From a virus, in the IMG/VR virus record IMGVR_UViG_3300027823_000001, positions 36,096 to 100,095 of that record: 64,000 bases of DNA; one strand, written 5' to 3'. A program made the translations under genes and the position numbers. The notes under the pieces were generated by a model, which saw only the letters and a list, made by a program, of their open reading frames with translations, was not told the origin of the DNA and ran no database searches. Positions within the stretch are counted from its first letter, which is position 1; each line of letters starts with the position of its first letter. Shown here in pieces: positions 1 through 8,673 of this stretch.

Positions 1-68
1 GATCTCAGGCTGCCGCCCGAAGCAGGGGAGCCTCTCGACTGGCAGATCACCGCGCTCGGCTTGAGGAA

Positions 69-251
69 GTGACCACCACCACGCAGCAGAAGGCGGTGCA
101 CAGCAGGTTCTTTGCGATGCTGCCGCCCGTGGCAGCGCATCTACGCACGAAGCAGCTGCTTCGTGCTGACGTGACCCCGCAAGAGATCCGCGATGCCAGT
201 GATGAGGCACTCGCCGCGCGCATGCGAGAGAAGCGAGAGAAGCGTGGCTGA
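69..251 (+). CDS. hypothetical protein
   Basis: GTG start after GAGG; stop overlaps the start of the next gene. Confidence 0.5.
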   Translation: MTTTTQQKAVHSRFFAMLPPVAAHLRTKQLLRADVTPQEIRDASDEALAARMREKREKRG

Positions 252-1149
252 TCGATGGTGGCCTGAGACAATCAAGCGCGAGCCCGTCTATTCTGACGAT
301 GCTGTCGTCTTGTTCTACTGCGACGCGCGCGAGATCATGCAGGCGATGCCTGACCGATCAGTGGACCACACGATCACCGATCCTCCCTACGAGGAAGCCT
401 CACACACCTACGGCAAGCTGCGGGATGCGAAGGGGCGCATCACTCTGTCGAAGCTCTCCTTCGCGAGGATTGAAGAGACGCTCGGTCGCGAGTTCTCAGC
501 AAAGCATCTCGTGCGCACCACGCGCGAGTGGCTGCTTTCGTTCTGTGAGACGGAGGCTGTCGGCGAATGGAAGCGCGCGCTCGAAAAGTGGGGCGCAGGC
601 TGGTCACGCGCGCAGTGGTGGGAGAAGCCTGATGGCGCGCCGCAGATCACAGGCCACAAGCCGGGCGTCCCGGGCGAGGCCATTGCTACCGCGTGGTGCA
701 GCCCTGGTACCATGAGCACCTGGAACGGTGGCGGAATGCGAGGCTTTCACTCAGTGCCTGTGCGCGAGAGCGAGGGCCGCCTGCACGAAACGCAGAAGCC
801 CATCGCGCTCTACGTGAAGCTGCTCGAACTCTTCACTCGCCGAGGTCAGATCATCTTCGATCCGTTCGCAGGTGCGGCGACGATGGGCAAGGCCTGCAAG
901 CTGAGGGGCCGACGTGCGATCCTGGTCGAGCGCGGACCTCACTCAGGCATTGGTGCCGAAGCCAAGAACGACGAGTTCATACACAGGGTGATCAACCGAC
1001 TCTCGGTCACGAACGAGCAGCCATCGCTCTTCTCTGAGGCGACACTGATCTCGTCTCCGACCGAGCGCACTCCACGCGTCAAGACGGATGCCTTCGTTGT
1101 CGACGGCGTCCGTCTCACTCGCAAGCGCAAGCCTAGAGCGATGGTCTAA
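244..1149 (+). CDS. DNA N6-adenine/N4-cytosine methyltransferase (beta class)
   Basis: TDPPY catalytic motif, HETQKP, and IFDPFAGAAT SAM-binding motif; start moved to GTG 244, which overlaps the upstream stop. Confidence 0.9.
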   Translation: MADRWWPETIKREPVYSDDAVVLFYCDAREIMQAMPDRSVDHTITDPPYEEASHTYGKLRDAKGRITLSKLSFARIEETLGREFSAKHLVRTTREWLLSFCETEAVGEWKRALEKWGAGWSRAQWWEKPDGAPQITGHKPGVPGEAIATAWCSPGTMSTWNGGGMRGFHSVPVRESEGRLHETQKPIALYVKLLELFTRRGQIIFDPFAGAATMGKACKLRGRRAILVERGPHSGIGAEAKNDEFIHRVINRLSVTNEQPSLFSEATLISSPTERTPRVKTDAFVVDGVRLTRKRKPRAMV

Positions 1150-1159
1150 TCTGCGCGCC

Positions 1160-1630
1160 ATGCCTGACGACACCACACGCCGCTACGACTCCCGCACCAT
1201 GCCCTTCTCGCTCGGAGGCGCCGGAGATCACACCGCAGGCGCGCTCAAGCCTGAAGGCCCTGACGCGCTCTACCTCGTGCCGATCGAGGCGCCGGACATC
1301 AAGGGACTGCCATGGGATCGGCGCACCTACGACGCGTGGACCACGGTAGCGTTTCGGGTGCTCGCGCGCGCATGGATCGTGGATATGTTCATCGCGAACC
1401 CTTGGATGTACCTGTGGCGCATCCGCGAGCGCTCGACGCAAGCGCGTCTCTCGACGCTGCGACTCACCGAACCGATCCTGCTAGTCGTGGTGACTCGCCG
1501 CTCTGATGGTCGGGAGTTCGAGACCTCGATCTCTTGGACAGCGCGAGAGCGCGATGACGCTGCGCTCGCGCAGCGCAAGCTAGATGACGCGCGCACCGTG
1601 CTCGAAACGTTGCACGCCCAGAACCCATGA
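1160..1630 (+). CDS. hypothetical protein
   Basis: ORF fills the gap; ATG 1160 lies just downstream of TAATCT. Confidence 0.6.
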   Translation: MPDDTTRRYDSRTMPFSLGGAGDHTAGALKPEGPDALYLVPIEAPDIKGLPWDRRTYDAWTTVAFRVLARAWIVDMFIANPWMYLWRIRERSTQARLSTLRLTEPILLVVVTRRSDGREFETSISWTARERDDAALAQRKLDDARTVLETLHAQNP

Positions 1631-1640
1631 GAGGCTCCAC

Positions 1641-2144
1641 ATGAACATCTACATTGCAGGCCGTGGTGATACCCTAGGCATCAAGCGCTACCGCGCGCTG
1701 CAAGCACTCGTGCTTCAAGCTGGTCACTTCATCACACACGACTGGACCGTGGCCATCGAGCGTGCGGGCGAGAGCGACAGGGACCTCACGCTGGAGCAGC
1801 GACGCCCGTATGCGGACACAGATGCGGAGGGGGTGCTGCACGCCGACGTGCTCGTCTACCAAGCTCCGCACGAGAAGAGCGAAGGCGCTGCGTACGAGAT
1901 GGGAGCGCACCACATGAAGCGCGACTTGATCCTCTCGCTGGTTCCGAGCTTTCCCATTCTGCGCGCCTTGCTGCCTATCGCGTCCATCTGCGTGGGCGCT
2001 GCGGACTGTCTATTCGCCTCGCGCTGTGATCATCATGTCGAGACGAACGACGAAGTGATCGCGCTGCTCGTAGAGATCGCAAAGCAGGATCAGGCTGGCG
2101 CCGTGCTGACTGCACACGCGCTCGGCATGGTCTCGAAGCACTGA
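1641..2144 (+). CDS. nucleoside 2-deoxyribosyltransferase-like protein
   Basis: MNIYIAG N-terminus, HDWT, D..GV..ADVLV and SEGAAYEMG motifs; GAGAGG RBS. Confidence 0.7.
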   Translation: MNIYIAGRGDTLGIKRYRALQALVLQAGHFITHDWTVAIERAGESDRDLTLEQRRPYADTDAEGVLHADVLVYQAPHEKSEGAAYEMGAHHMKRDLILSLVPSFPILRALLPIASICVGAADCLFASRCDHHVETNDEVIALLVEIAKQDQAGAVLTAHALGMVSKH

Positions 2145-2147
2145 GGA

Positions 2148-2157
2148 CATCGGGTAT
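2148..2157 (+). promoter_or_regulatory. CATCGnGTA motif (putative phage promoter)
   Basis: CATCGGGTAT in a 21-bp intergenic gap; one of 8 copies near gene starts. Confidence 0.6.
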
Positions 2158-2165
2158 AGGGAAGG

Positions 2166-2402
2166 GTGACTGACTATCAATGCGTGCTCGCCGATGACGT
2201 GTGGCATGCGACTCAAGAGCAAGCCGTGGCGCCGCCTCTCAACAGGGGCGGTGCCTACACCATCTGCGCTGTGTGGACGCCGTTCAAGGCAGGCTACGAG
2301 CGACGCAGGCCTACGTGCCCCGAGTGCTTGCACGCCGTCGAGAAGGACGAGGCGCGGCGCGCCAAGCCGACCGCCGTACGCCGTCCCAGGGTGATGCCGT
2401 GA
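2166..2402 (+). CDS. hypothetical protein (His/Cys, possible Zn finger)
   Basis: WH...TIC...CPEC; GTG start directly after the motif. Confidence 0.6.
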   Translation: MTDYQCVLADDVWHATQEQAVAPPLNRGGAYTICAVWTPFKAGYERRRPTCPECLHAVEKDEARRAKPTAVRRPRVMP

Positions 2403-2701
2403 AACGACCTCCTGTCATAGGCGAGAGCGGCTACTCGAACGAGCACTACTGGTACGAGGAGGCACCGCGCTGCGGCCTCGGCGCTGTCAACGAACTCACA
2501 GGTCAGGGCGTAGGCTTGTGCAGGCATCCGAAAGAGCCCGGACTGCCGTGGTGCAACAGACACACCTTTCTCTTTGAGAAGCAGATGCGAGCATCGGGGT
2601 ACACAAGCGACAACGCGCGAGCGGCCCTTCCTGCGATGGGCTTCAACGCGAAAGCCATAGAGACGTTCGTGGCGCGCTACGAGCGCGAGGAGAAGACATG
2701 A
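2399..2701 (+). CDS. hypothetical protein
   Basis: GTGA overlap with the upstream gene; C..C..WCNRH pattern. Confidence 0.55.
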   Translation: MKRPPVIGESGYSNEHYWYEEAPRCGLGAVNELTGQGVGLCRHPKEPGLPWCNRHTFLFEKQMRASGYTSDNARAALPAMGFNAKAIETFVARYEREEKT

Positions 2702-3000
2702 AAAGCGGATCACCGAAGAAGCGCAAAGCCAACATGAAGCCCGGTGCAACGAAACCTCGGCGCGAGACGCAAGCGTACGCGCAGCGGATGCAGGCCAACG
2801 CTGCGCTGCTCTTGCGTGTGGTCGCGTACCTCGTGCAGCACTCTGCGGAAGTCGCAGAGCAGTTCGCTCGCAACGGCGATGCTCGCATCCCACTCGCCGC
2901 GTTCGACTCCGACGTGGACGTGGGTATGGTGGTCGAGAACGACGAGCTGATCATCGCGCCCGCGCCGTTGCCTCCTTCAACTGCGGAGACGACGCCATGA
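2698..3000 (+). CDS. hypothetical protein
   Basis: ATGA-coupled on both sides. Confidence 0.6.
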   Translation: MKSGSPKKRKANMKPGATKPRRETQAYAQRMQANAALLLRVVAYLVQHSAEVAEQFARNGDARIPLAAFDSDVDVGMVVENDELIIAPAPLPPSTAETTP

Positions 3001-3797
3001 TGACCGACGGCGAGATCGTGAGGGCACTCGAATCAGGCGAGATCAGCATCTCACCACTCGGCTCGCGCGCCGAGCAGATCCAGCCTTGCAGCGTGGACCT
3101 GCGCCTCTCGCGTGAGGTGATGCGCTACAGAGACGCATCGACCTATCTCACGAGCGTACCCAACATTCGACTTGGGAATGCGCAGCAGAATGAGATGGAA
3201 GAAGTGAACGTGGGGGCGCGCCCGTACTTCACGTTGGAGCCTGGTAGCTTCGCACTGGGTGTGACGATGGAAAGGGTCAAGCTACCGCCTCACATCCTCG
3301 GGCGCGTAGAAGGGCGCAGCTCGATCGGGCGCGTAGGTTTGTTCGTGCACATCACTGCCGGCTTCATCGATCCCGGCTTCGACGGGCGGATCACGCTGGA
3401 GTTCTACAACGGCGCTCGTAGGCCGATCGAGATCCCCTTCGGTTTCCGTGTGTGCCAGCTGGCGCTCCAGCGCCTCTCAGAGCCCTGCGAGCGCCCGTAC
3501 GGGCAGGAACGTGGGTCGAAGTACGTGGGGGCCTCCAGCGACGGCGTACAGCCCGCGCGCCGCGAAGCGCCGACGCCCGAGCCCCGCACGGTAGGCGAGG
3601 TCGCACGCGCGACGACGAATCCTCCCGAGCGGATTCCTGTGCAGTGCCACGCGTGCCCGTACATAGGCGCGACGTACCGCTACGACTTCAGTAGCGGCAA
3701 GGCTGGTTACGCCTGCGCGAGCTGCGATGCAGTCATCCCACCTGAGACCGAGTACATCCCCAAGCAAGTAGTGAAGAGGACACGATGGATACGATGA
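2997..3797 (+). CDS. dcd: dCTP deaminase with C-terminal zinc-ribbon extension
   Basis: IQPCSVDLRL, GRVEGRSSIGRVGL, TAGFIDPGFDGRITLEF, PYG...KY; tail has CHAC...CASC. Confidence 0.92.
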   Translation: MMTDGEIVRALESGEISISPLGSRAEQIQPCSVDLRLSREVMRYRDASTYLTSVPNIRLGNAQQNEMEEVNVGARPYFTLEPGSFALGVTMERVKLPPHILGRVEGRSSIGRVGLFVHITAGFIDPGFDGRITLEFYNGARRPIEIPFGFRVCQLALQRLSEPCERPYGQERGSKYVGASSDGVQPARREAPTPEPRTVGEVARATTNPPERIPVQCHACPYIGATYRYDFSSGKAGYACASCDAVIPPETEYIPKQVVKRTRWIR

Positions 3798-4102
3798 ACG
3801 ACGAGCAGTTGACCATGCGCCAGGTGAAAGCGGAGGCGGACAAGCGCATCCGCGACGCCTTTCAAGAGAAGCACCCTCACTACACACCGCCTCCCGATGC
3901 GAAGCCGTTGCAGTGGGCGCGCTGGGCGATCGCGAACTACAGGATGCACACCGAGATCGGCTTCAAGGCGCGCTTCCCTGCACAGGAGGCGGTGCTGACT
4001 GAAGAGCTGACCGTAGCAGAGCTGGCGCACAACGAGCGCAGGGTCTACGCGAAACTGCATCACATGACCTACCCGCACATTCCACGCGCGTGGGCAGCGT
4101 GA
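3794..4102 (+). CDS. hypothetical protein
   Basis: ATGA-coupled ORF. Confidence 0.6.
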   Translation: MNDEQLTMRQVKAEADKRIRDAFQEKHPHYTPPPDAKPLQWARWAIANYRMHTEIGFKARFPAQEAVLTEELTVAELAHNERRVYAKLHHMTYPHIPRAWAA

Positions 4103-4323
4103 AGTTGCCGTCGTACGCCTCGCTCTCGTTCTCAGCGAGCGCAGCGGAGCTTCCACACGTCACGCGAGATCCAGGGCTACGCACGCCGCGTGGAACGATG
4201 GTGCAACCCTCAAGCACTCAGTTCCGCATCGGACCTCTCGCGCTCACGCTCGTATGGGGGAACGATCACGCCGCACATCCGCTTCAGCACGAAACCGTCG
4301 CGGGCTACGACGAAGAAGTCTGA
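4099..4323 (+). CDS. hypothetical protein
   Basis: GTGA-coupled ORF. Confidence 0.5.
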   Translation: MKLPSYASLSFSASAAELPHVTRDPGLRTPRGTMVQPSSTQFRIGPLALTLVWGNDHAAHPLQHETVAGYDEEV

Positions 4324-4324
4324 A

Positions 4325-4750
4325 GTGATCGTCGGGTTCACAGGCACACGCGTAGGCATGACCGACGCGCAGAAGGGAGCGATCGAGAGCTTCCTTCGCG
4401 CGTGGTACGTCTTGGCGTTCGTCCACGGCGACTGCATCGGTAGTGACGATCAAGCAGACGAGATCGCTGTGAAGCTAGGTCTCGCTCGTGTGCTCCGGCC
4501 ATGCACGATCGAAGCGCTACGAGCACACGGCGAACGCCGAGGTGGGCACGTCCTGAAGGTTTACGCACCCGAGGCGCCGTTGCTGCGCAACGATCGAATC
4601 GTTCGAGACACGCACATCCTGATCGCCGCACCGAACGGACCCGAACAGCAGCGATCTGGGACGTGGTACACGATCCGCCGCGCACGCGATGCGAAGCGCC
4701 ACCTTGTGATCATCTTCCCGAGCGGGCAGGTGAGGCACGAGGGCAACTGA
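4325..4750 (+). CDS. SLOG-superfamily (YspA/DprA-like) nucleotide-binding protein
   Basis: VGFTGTR, HGDCIGSD, RNDRIV and SGTWYTIRRA motifs. Confidence 0.75.
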   Translation: MIVGFTGTRVGMTDAQKGAIESFLRAWYVLAFVHGDCIGSDDQADEIAVKLGLARVLRPCTIEALRAHGERRGGHVLKVYAPEAPLLRNDRIVRDTHILIAAPNGPEQQRSGTWYTIRRARDAKRHLVIIFPSGQVRHEGN

Positions 4751-4761
4751 GGAGGACTGAG

Positions 4762-5655
4762 ATGGAAGTCGTACTGCTAACTTTTGGGATGTACTACGCA
4801 CGCGTGCTCGCCGACTCGATCGCGCACGGCGTGCGACTCACGACGCTGGAGGTGTGCTTCCCGCGCTTCATTCTCGCTGAGTTCAACACGCATCGCGTGT
4901 TCTCTCGCAACAGCGCGTCGAGCCGAGCCATCCCGGTTGCCACACGCATCGCGCAGGTGCGGAACAACCCCTTCGTGCCCGAAGCGTTCGGCGTGAACAA
5001 GAGTGGGATGCAAGCGAGCACAACGCACGGCGGTTGTGTAGGCACCGTGACGCGCTGGCTATGGATCCTCGCCGCTCGCATCTGCTGCGTGATCGCGTGG
5101 TGCCTGATGAAGCTCGACATTCACAAGCAGCATGCCAACCGGGTGATCGAGCTGTGGGCTTGGCACACCGTGGTGGTGAGCGCGACCGAATGGGAGAACT
5201 TCCTCAACCTCCGCACGCACAAGGCCGCGCAGCCTGAGATCCAGATCGTCGCGAAGCTCATTCGCGATGCACTCGCAGCCTCGACGCCTCGCAAGCTGCA
5301 CGACGGCGACTGGCATCTGCCATACGCGACAAACGATGACCACGACGGCCGCTTGATAGCGGACAACATCCTCACGTCGGTCGTGCGCAGTGCTGCGGTC
5401 TCGTTCGAGAGGCAGAACGCACCGCGTAGCTCCGAGGCGGTCAAGAAGCGCCACGACGACATGATGCGTCTCGCGCACTGGTCACCGTTCGAGCACGCGG
5501 CATGCGTCGCGACCGATGCAGAGCTGCGCAAGTACGCACTCTACACGTACACGGGCGAGCCTGCGTTCATCGGCAACTTCCGCGCGCCATGGCTCCAGTA
5601 CCGCAAGACGTTCGAGAACGAGAGCGTTTGGCAGGGAGGAAAAGAAGATGTCTAA
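4762..5655 (+). CDS. thyX: FAD-dependent thymidylate synthase (phage-type ThyX)
   Basis: EFNTHRVFSRNSASSRAIP, NFLNLR...AQPEI, HWSPFEH; GGAGG RBS before ATG 4762. Confidence 0.85.
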   Translation: MEVVLLTFGMYYARVLADSIAHGVRLTTLEVCFPRFILAEFNTHRVFSRNSASSRAIPVATRIAQVRNNPFVPEAFGVNKSGMQASTTHGGCVGTVTRWLWILAARICCVIAWCLMKLDIHKQHANRVIELWAWHTVVVSATEWENFLNLRTHKAAQPEIQIVAKLIRDALAASTPRKLHDGDWHLPYATNDDHDGRLIADNILTSVVRSAAVSFERQNAPRSSEAVKKRHDDMMRLAHWSPFEHAACVATDAELRKYALYTYTGEPAFIGNFRAPWLQYRKTFENESVWQGGKEDV

Positions 5656-5890
5656 CAAGGTCGATCACCCCTCGCACTACGGCGGCGCCGCGAACCCCTA
5701 CGAGGCGATCAAGGTCATCCGCGTATGGCTCGGACCCACCGCCGCTCAAGGCTTCACGCTCGGCAACGCGATCAAGTACATCTCCCGCGCCGGCAAGAAG
5801 AGGGGGGAGAGCACGCTCGACGATCTCAAGAAGGCACGCTGGTACCTGGACAACGAGATCGCAGCCATCGAAGCACAGGAGAAGCCGTGA
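5648..5890 (+). CDS. DUF3310 / T7 gp1.7-like nucleotide kinase family protein
   Basis: VDHPSHY, GNAIKYISRAGKK, DLKKARWYL. Confidence 0.85.
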   Translation: MSNKVDHPSHYGGAANPYEAIKVIRVWLGPTAAQGFTLGNAIKYISRAGKKRGESTLDDLKKARWYLDNEIAAIEAQEKP

Positions 5891-5935
5891 TGCTGTGGTG
5901 GACATTCTTCGCAGGCTTGAAGCTCGCCTAACACA

Positions 5936-5945
5936 CATCGTGTAG
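5936..5945 (+). promoter_or_regulatory. CATCGnGTA motif (putative promoter, leaderless geometry)
   Basis: CATCGTGTAG; its TA lies 12 nt before ATG 5955. Confidence 0.6.
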
Positions 5946-5954
5946 AGAACGAGC

Positions 5955-7184
5955 ATGGTCAAAAACAAGCGCGGCTCGATGGCGTTCAGTGCCGAGTTCC
6001 TCAAGAGCACCGCCATCTCCGGCACCAGCGTCATGCACATAGTCACAGACGATCCCTACCAAGAGAAGCCCATGACCAACCCCAACACCACGAAGATCAA
6101 GAACTTGGTGGTGAAGACGATCATGAGGGATGACCTCCTACGACTCCTGAGAGGGCACAGCATCGAGCAGACCACGAGAGAAGGCATGGTGGACACAGAG
6201 GTACGCTTGGGCCTAGTGCCGCTGAGCGCGATGGAGCGCCGCACAATATGTGATGCACTTACTAGAGATGTACTAGGGGAGTACCAACACGGCTACTGCA
6301 TCTCAGGATGGAAGCCGAGCGAAGTCGTACCAGGCACGAGCGAGTGGTTGTCGCAGATCGCAGCCAACGCAGACCGCATCAGGATCCAGGTGACCGACGT
6401 AGGAGGGACCACGCGAACCGTGATGCTCGCGGACGCCAGCCCCGAGGACGCGCAAGCGAGTGTGTCGCACTGGCTCAAGGAAGGCATCACGCCTGCATGG
6501 GAGGCGTACCAGGACGCTGCGGCGATCATCGCGGACTACGAGCGCAGCCGCTCTCTACCAGGCGTGTCCGCGCGAGTGAGGCCGCCGAGCTACAGGACGG
6601 TCGACGTCGATCAGTGCTCGCCGTGTGAGCTGGACGAGGTGGGCGCCCACTTCGGCCTCCCGCGCCGCAACGTCGCGCTTGGCGGCTTGTTCGATCAACT
6701 CTCGTTGGAGAGCGACGATGCGTACCGTCGGCGGCTATCCGCATCACACCAGCGAGTGGACGACCACTTCGACCTCCCGTGTCGCACCGTCGCGCTGCCG
6801 GTCAACGACCCGCAAGCGGATGCAAAGCTCCACAGCAGCTCCGGCGTCGAGACTGAGATCGACGTGCGCGACTGCATAGGCTCCGACCTGGACCAGCCCG
6901 CTAAGATGGCGCCTGTGAGCGCGGCGATCCCCCTGAAGGTCAACACCACCACACCAGCGAAGAAGCTCGACTTCATCTTGTGGGTGATGCAGTGGTCGGA
7001 AAAGGCTGGCTCGGCTTGGTACGCAGGCCGCGATATCACGGCGATGGTGACGCGCTACCGAGAGGGCAAGCTCGGCGACTACGGGCGGACACCTGGTGAA
7101 AGCACAGCGTTGGACAAGATGGTCTCGTCTGCAAAGCAGAAGGCGAGTACGATCGCGCACCTGCTTCCGCCATACCCCGGATGA
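5955..7184 (+). CDS. hypothetical mosaic protein with a baseplate-like LD..G..G..R..ESD..YR motif
   Basis: 409-aa ORF with degenerate internal repeats. Confidence 0.6.
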   Translation: MVKNKRGSMAFSAEFLKSTAISGTSVMHIVTDDPYQEKPMTNPNTTKIKNLVVKTIMRDDLLRLLRGHSIEQTTREGMVDTEVRLGLVPLSAMERRTICDALTRDVLGEYQHGYCISGWKPSEVVPGTSEWLSQIAANADRIRIQVTDVGGTTRTVMLADASPEDAQASVSHWLKEGITPAWEAYQDAAAIIADYERSRSLPGVSARVRPPSYRTVDVDQCSPCELDEVGAHFGLPRRNVALGGLFDQLSLESDDAYRRRLSASHQRVDDHFDLPCRTVALPVNDPQADAKLHSSSGVETEIDVRDCIGSDLDQPAKMAPVSAAIPLKVNTTTPAKKLDFILWVMQWSEKAGSAWYAGRDITAMVTRYREGKLGDYGRTPGESTALDKMVSSAKQKASTIAHLLPPYPG

Positions 7185-7187
7185 ACA

Positions 7188-7562
7188 ATGCCCACGCACA
7201 CGATCGACCTCCTTCGCTGCGCCTCGCACATCTCCCGCACGACGTGGCTCACGCTCACGCACGGTGGTCGCGTGACCGAGGGTACGTGCACCATCGTCTC
7301 GACTGACGCCGCTCACGGGTCACTGCTCGTGCAAGTGGACCACGACGGCCAGCTATTCGTGTTCACGGCGCCGGCAGTTGCAGTCGAGCTGATCGACCCT
7401 CCGACGAGGCCGATCCCCAAGCCTGCGACCACGCGTCCCGCGCCTCCCGCGTGTGACACCTGCGGCGCTGCCCTCCCCGCATCGGGTAGCTGCATCAATG
7501 CGTCGTGCTCCACAGCCCCCGGGACGCCCGCAGCGCCCTCGGACGGGTACGACAACGACTGA
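7188..7562 (+). CDS. hypothetical protein (C-terminal CxxC)
   Basis: ORF in the co-oriented gene string. Confidence 0.5.
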   Translation: MPTHTIDLLRCASHISRTTWLTLTHGGRVTEGTCTIVSTDAAHGSLLVQVDHDGQLFVFTAPAVAVELIDPPTRPIPKPATTRPAPPACDTCGAALPASGSCINASCSTAPGTPAAPSDGYDND

Positions 7563-7601
7563 GACCCCCACGGCGCCACAGGGCGCGACTGAGAGCCCGC
7601 C

Positions 7602-8120
7602 ATGGACGACGACAGCAAGCCCGCGACCGAAGGCGCCAGCCCCGCGCACGGACCCGTACCGAACACGGTCTGCCACACCTGCGAGTTCTACGCAGGCGCG
7701 ATGGACGCGCTGGCCTACGACCCGCGCACGCAGTTCCGCAACGGCACCTGTCTCTGCATCGACGCGGAGGTCCTGGGCCCGCACTACGGCTTCTCGATCT
7801 GCGCGGACAAGCACGTCCACCTGAAGCTCGGGATGGAGGTAGAGATCGGCACCGTCTCTGCCATCACCGTCGCGGCGTACGCACTCGCGCTCTCCTACGA
7901 CCGCGAAGGATGGGTCGCAGGCTTCGTGCCTGGCACCGAGCAAGCCAAGAGCGCGCTGCGCGATTGCATCGCTGTGCTCCGCACACGCACGCCCAACACC
8001 GACTTTGCAGACTGGCTGGCGAAGCACTCGGCTCGCGACCTCTCGCGATGGATCAAAGAGATCTGCAAGGCCGTCGCACGCGTCGAGGATGGTAAGTTCG
8101 AGCTGTCCACCATCGAGTGA
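7602..8120 (+). CDS. hypothetical protein
   Basis: ORF with CHTC...C pattern. Confidence 0.55.
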   Translation: MDDDSKPATEGASPAHGPVPNTVCHTCEFYAGAMDALAYDPRTQFRNGTCLCIDAEVLGPHYGFSICADKHVHLKLGMEVEIGTVSAITVAAYALALSYDREGWVAGFVPGTEQAKSALRDCIAVLRTRTPNTDFADWLAKHSARDLSRWIKEICKAVARVEDGKFELSTIE

Positions 8121-8160
8121 TCCTCGGCACCACCGCGACTCCAGACCATAGAGGATCACC

Positions 8161-8610
8161 ATGACCACCACCATCACCGATCTGCTAGTCCGACTCCGGG
8201 ACGAGGACGACCTCGACGGGTGTAGTGACGCCATCGACTATCTGGTCGCGTACGACGGCACGCTCGGGCAGGCGTGGGAGGACTGCCCCCGCGGCGACTG
8301 GCTGCTCTGGCTCGCACTCCGGGTCGGTGTCCCCGACGCGGCCTACACAGCAGCGTCCGAGGTCTTCGCGCGCGTGGCCTACGCGGCCACCTACGAGGCC
8401 GAGGCCGAGGTCGAGGCTGAGGAGGAGATACTGGGCGCGACCGAATCCGAGACGCTGCGCGCGTTTCTGCGTGCGAGCGCCATCGCAGTGCGCCGGCACA
8501 TCACAGCCGAGATGGTCGTCGATGCGCTGGACGCTCACGCCGACACTGTGGCGGCCTTCGATGCCGTGGTGGGGTCGGTCGTCGCAGGGTGCAAGCGGTC
8601 TACTACCTGA
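8161..8610 (+). CDS. hypothetical protein (AWEDCPRGDWLLW motif)
   Basis: GAGG RBS; the motif resembles other phage hypothetical proteins. Confidence 0.65.
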   Translation: MTTTITDLLVRLRDEDDLDGCSDAIDYLVAYDGTLGQAWEDCPRGDWLLWLALRVGVPDAAYTAASEVFARVAYAATYEAEAEVEAEEEILGATESETLRAFLRASAIAVRRHITAEMVVDALDAHADTVAAFDAVVGSVVAGCKRSTT

Positions 8611-8673
8611 GCCTGTACAATCCTCCTTCGGCACAATGCCGCCTCGCCAACCATCACAAACAAACGGAGTCCA

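Noticed and set aside
7480-7489. CATCGGGTAG inside a CDS (and CATCGAGTA at 16692 inside terL)
   Set aside because: Not near a gene start; compatible with chance, so excluded from the promoter set
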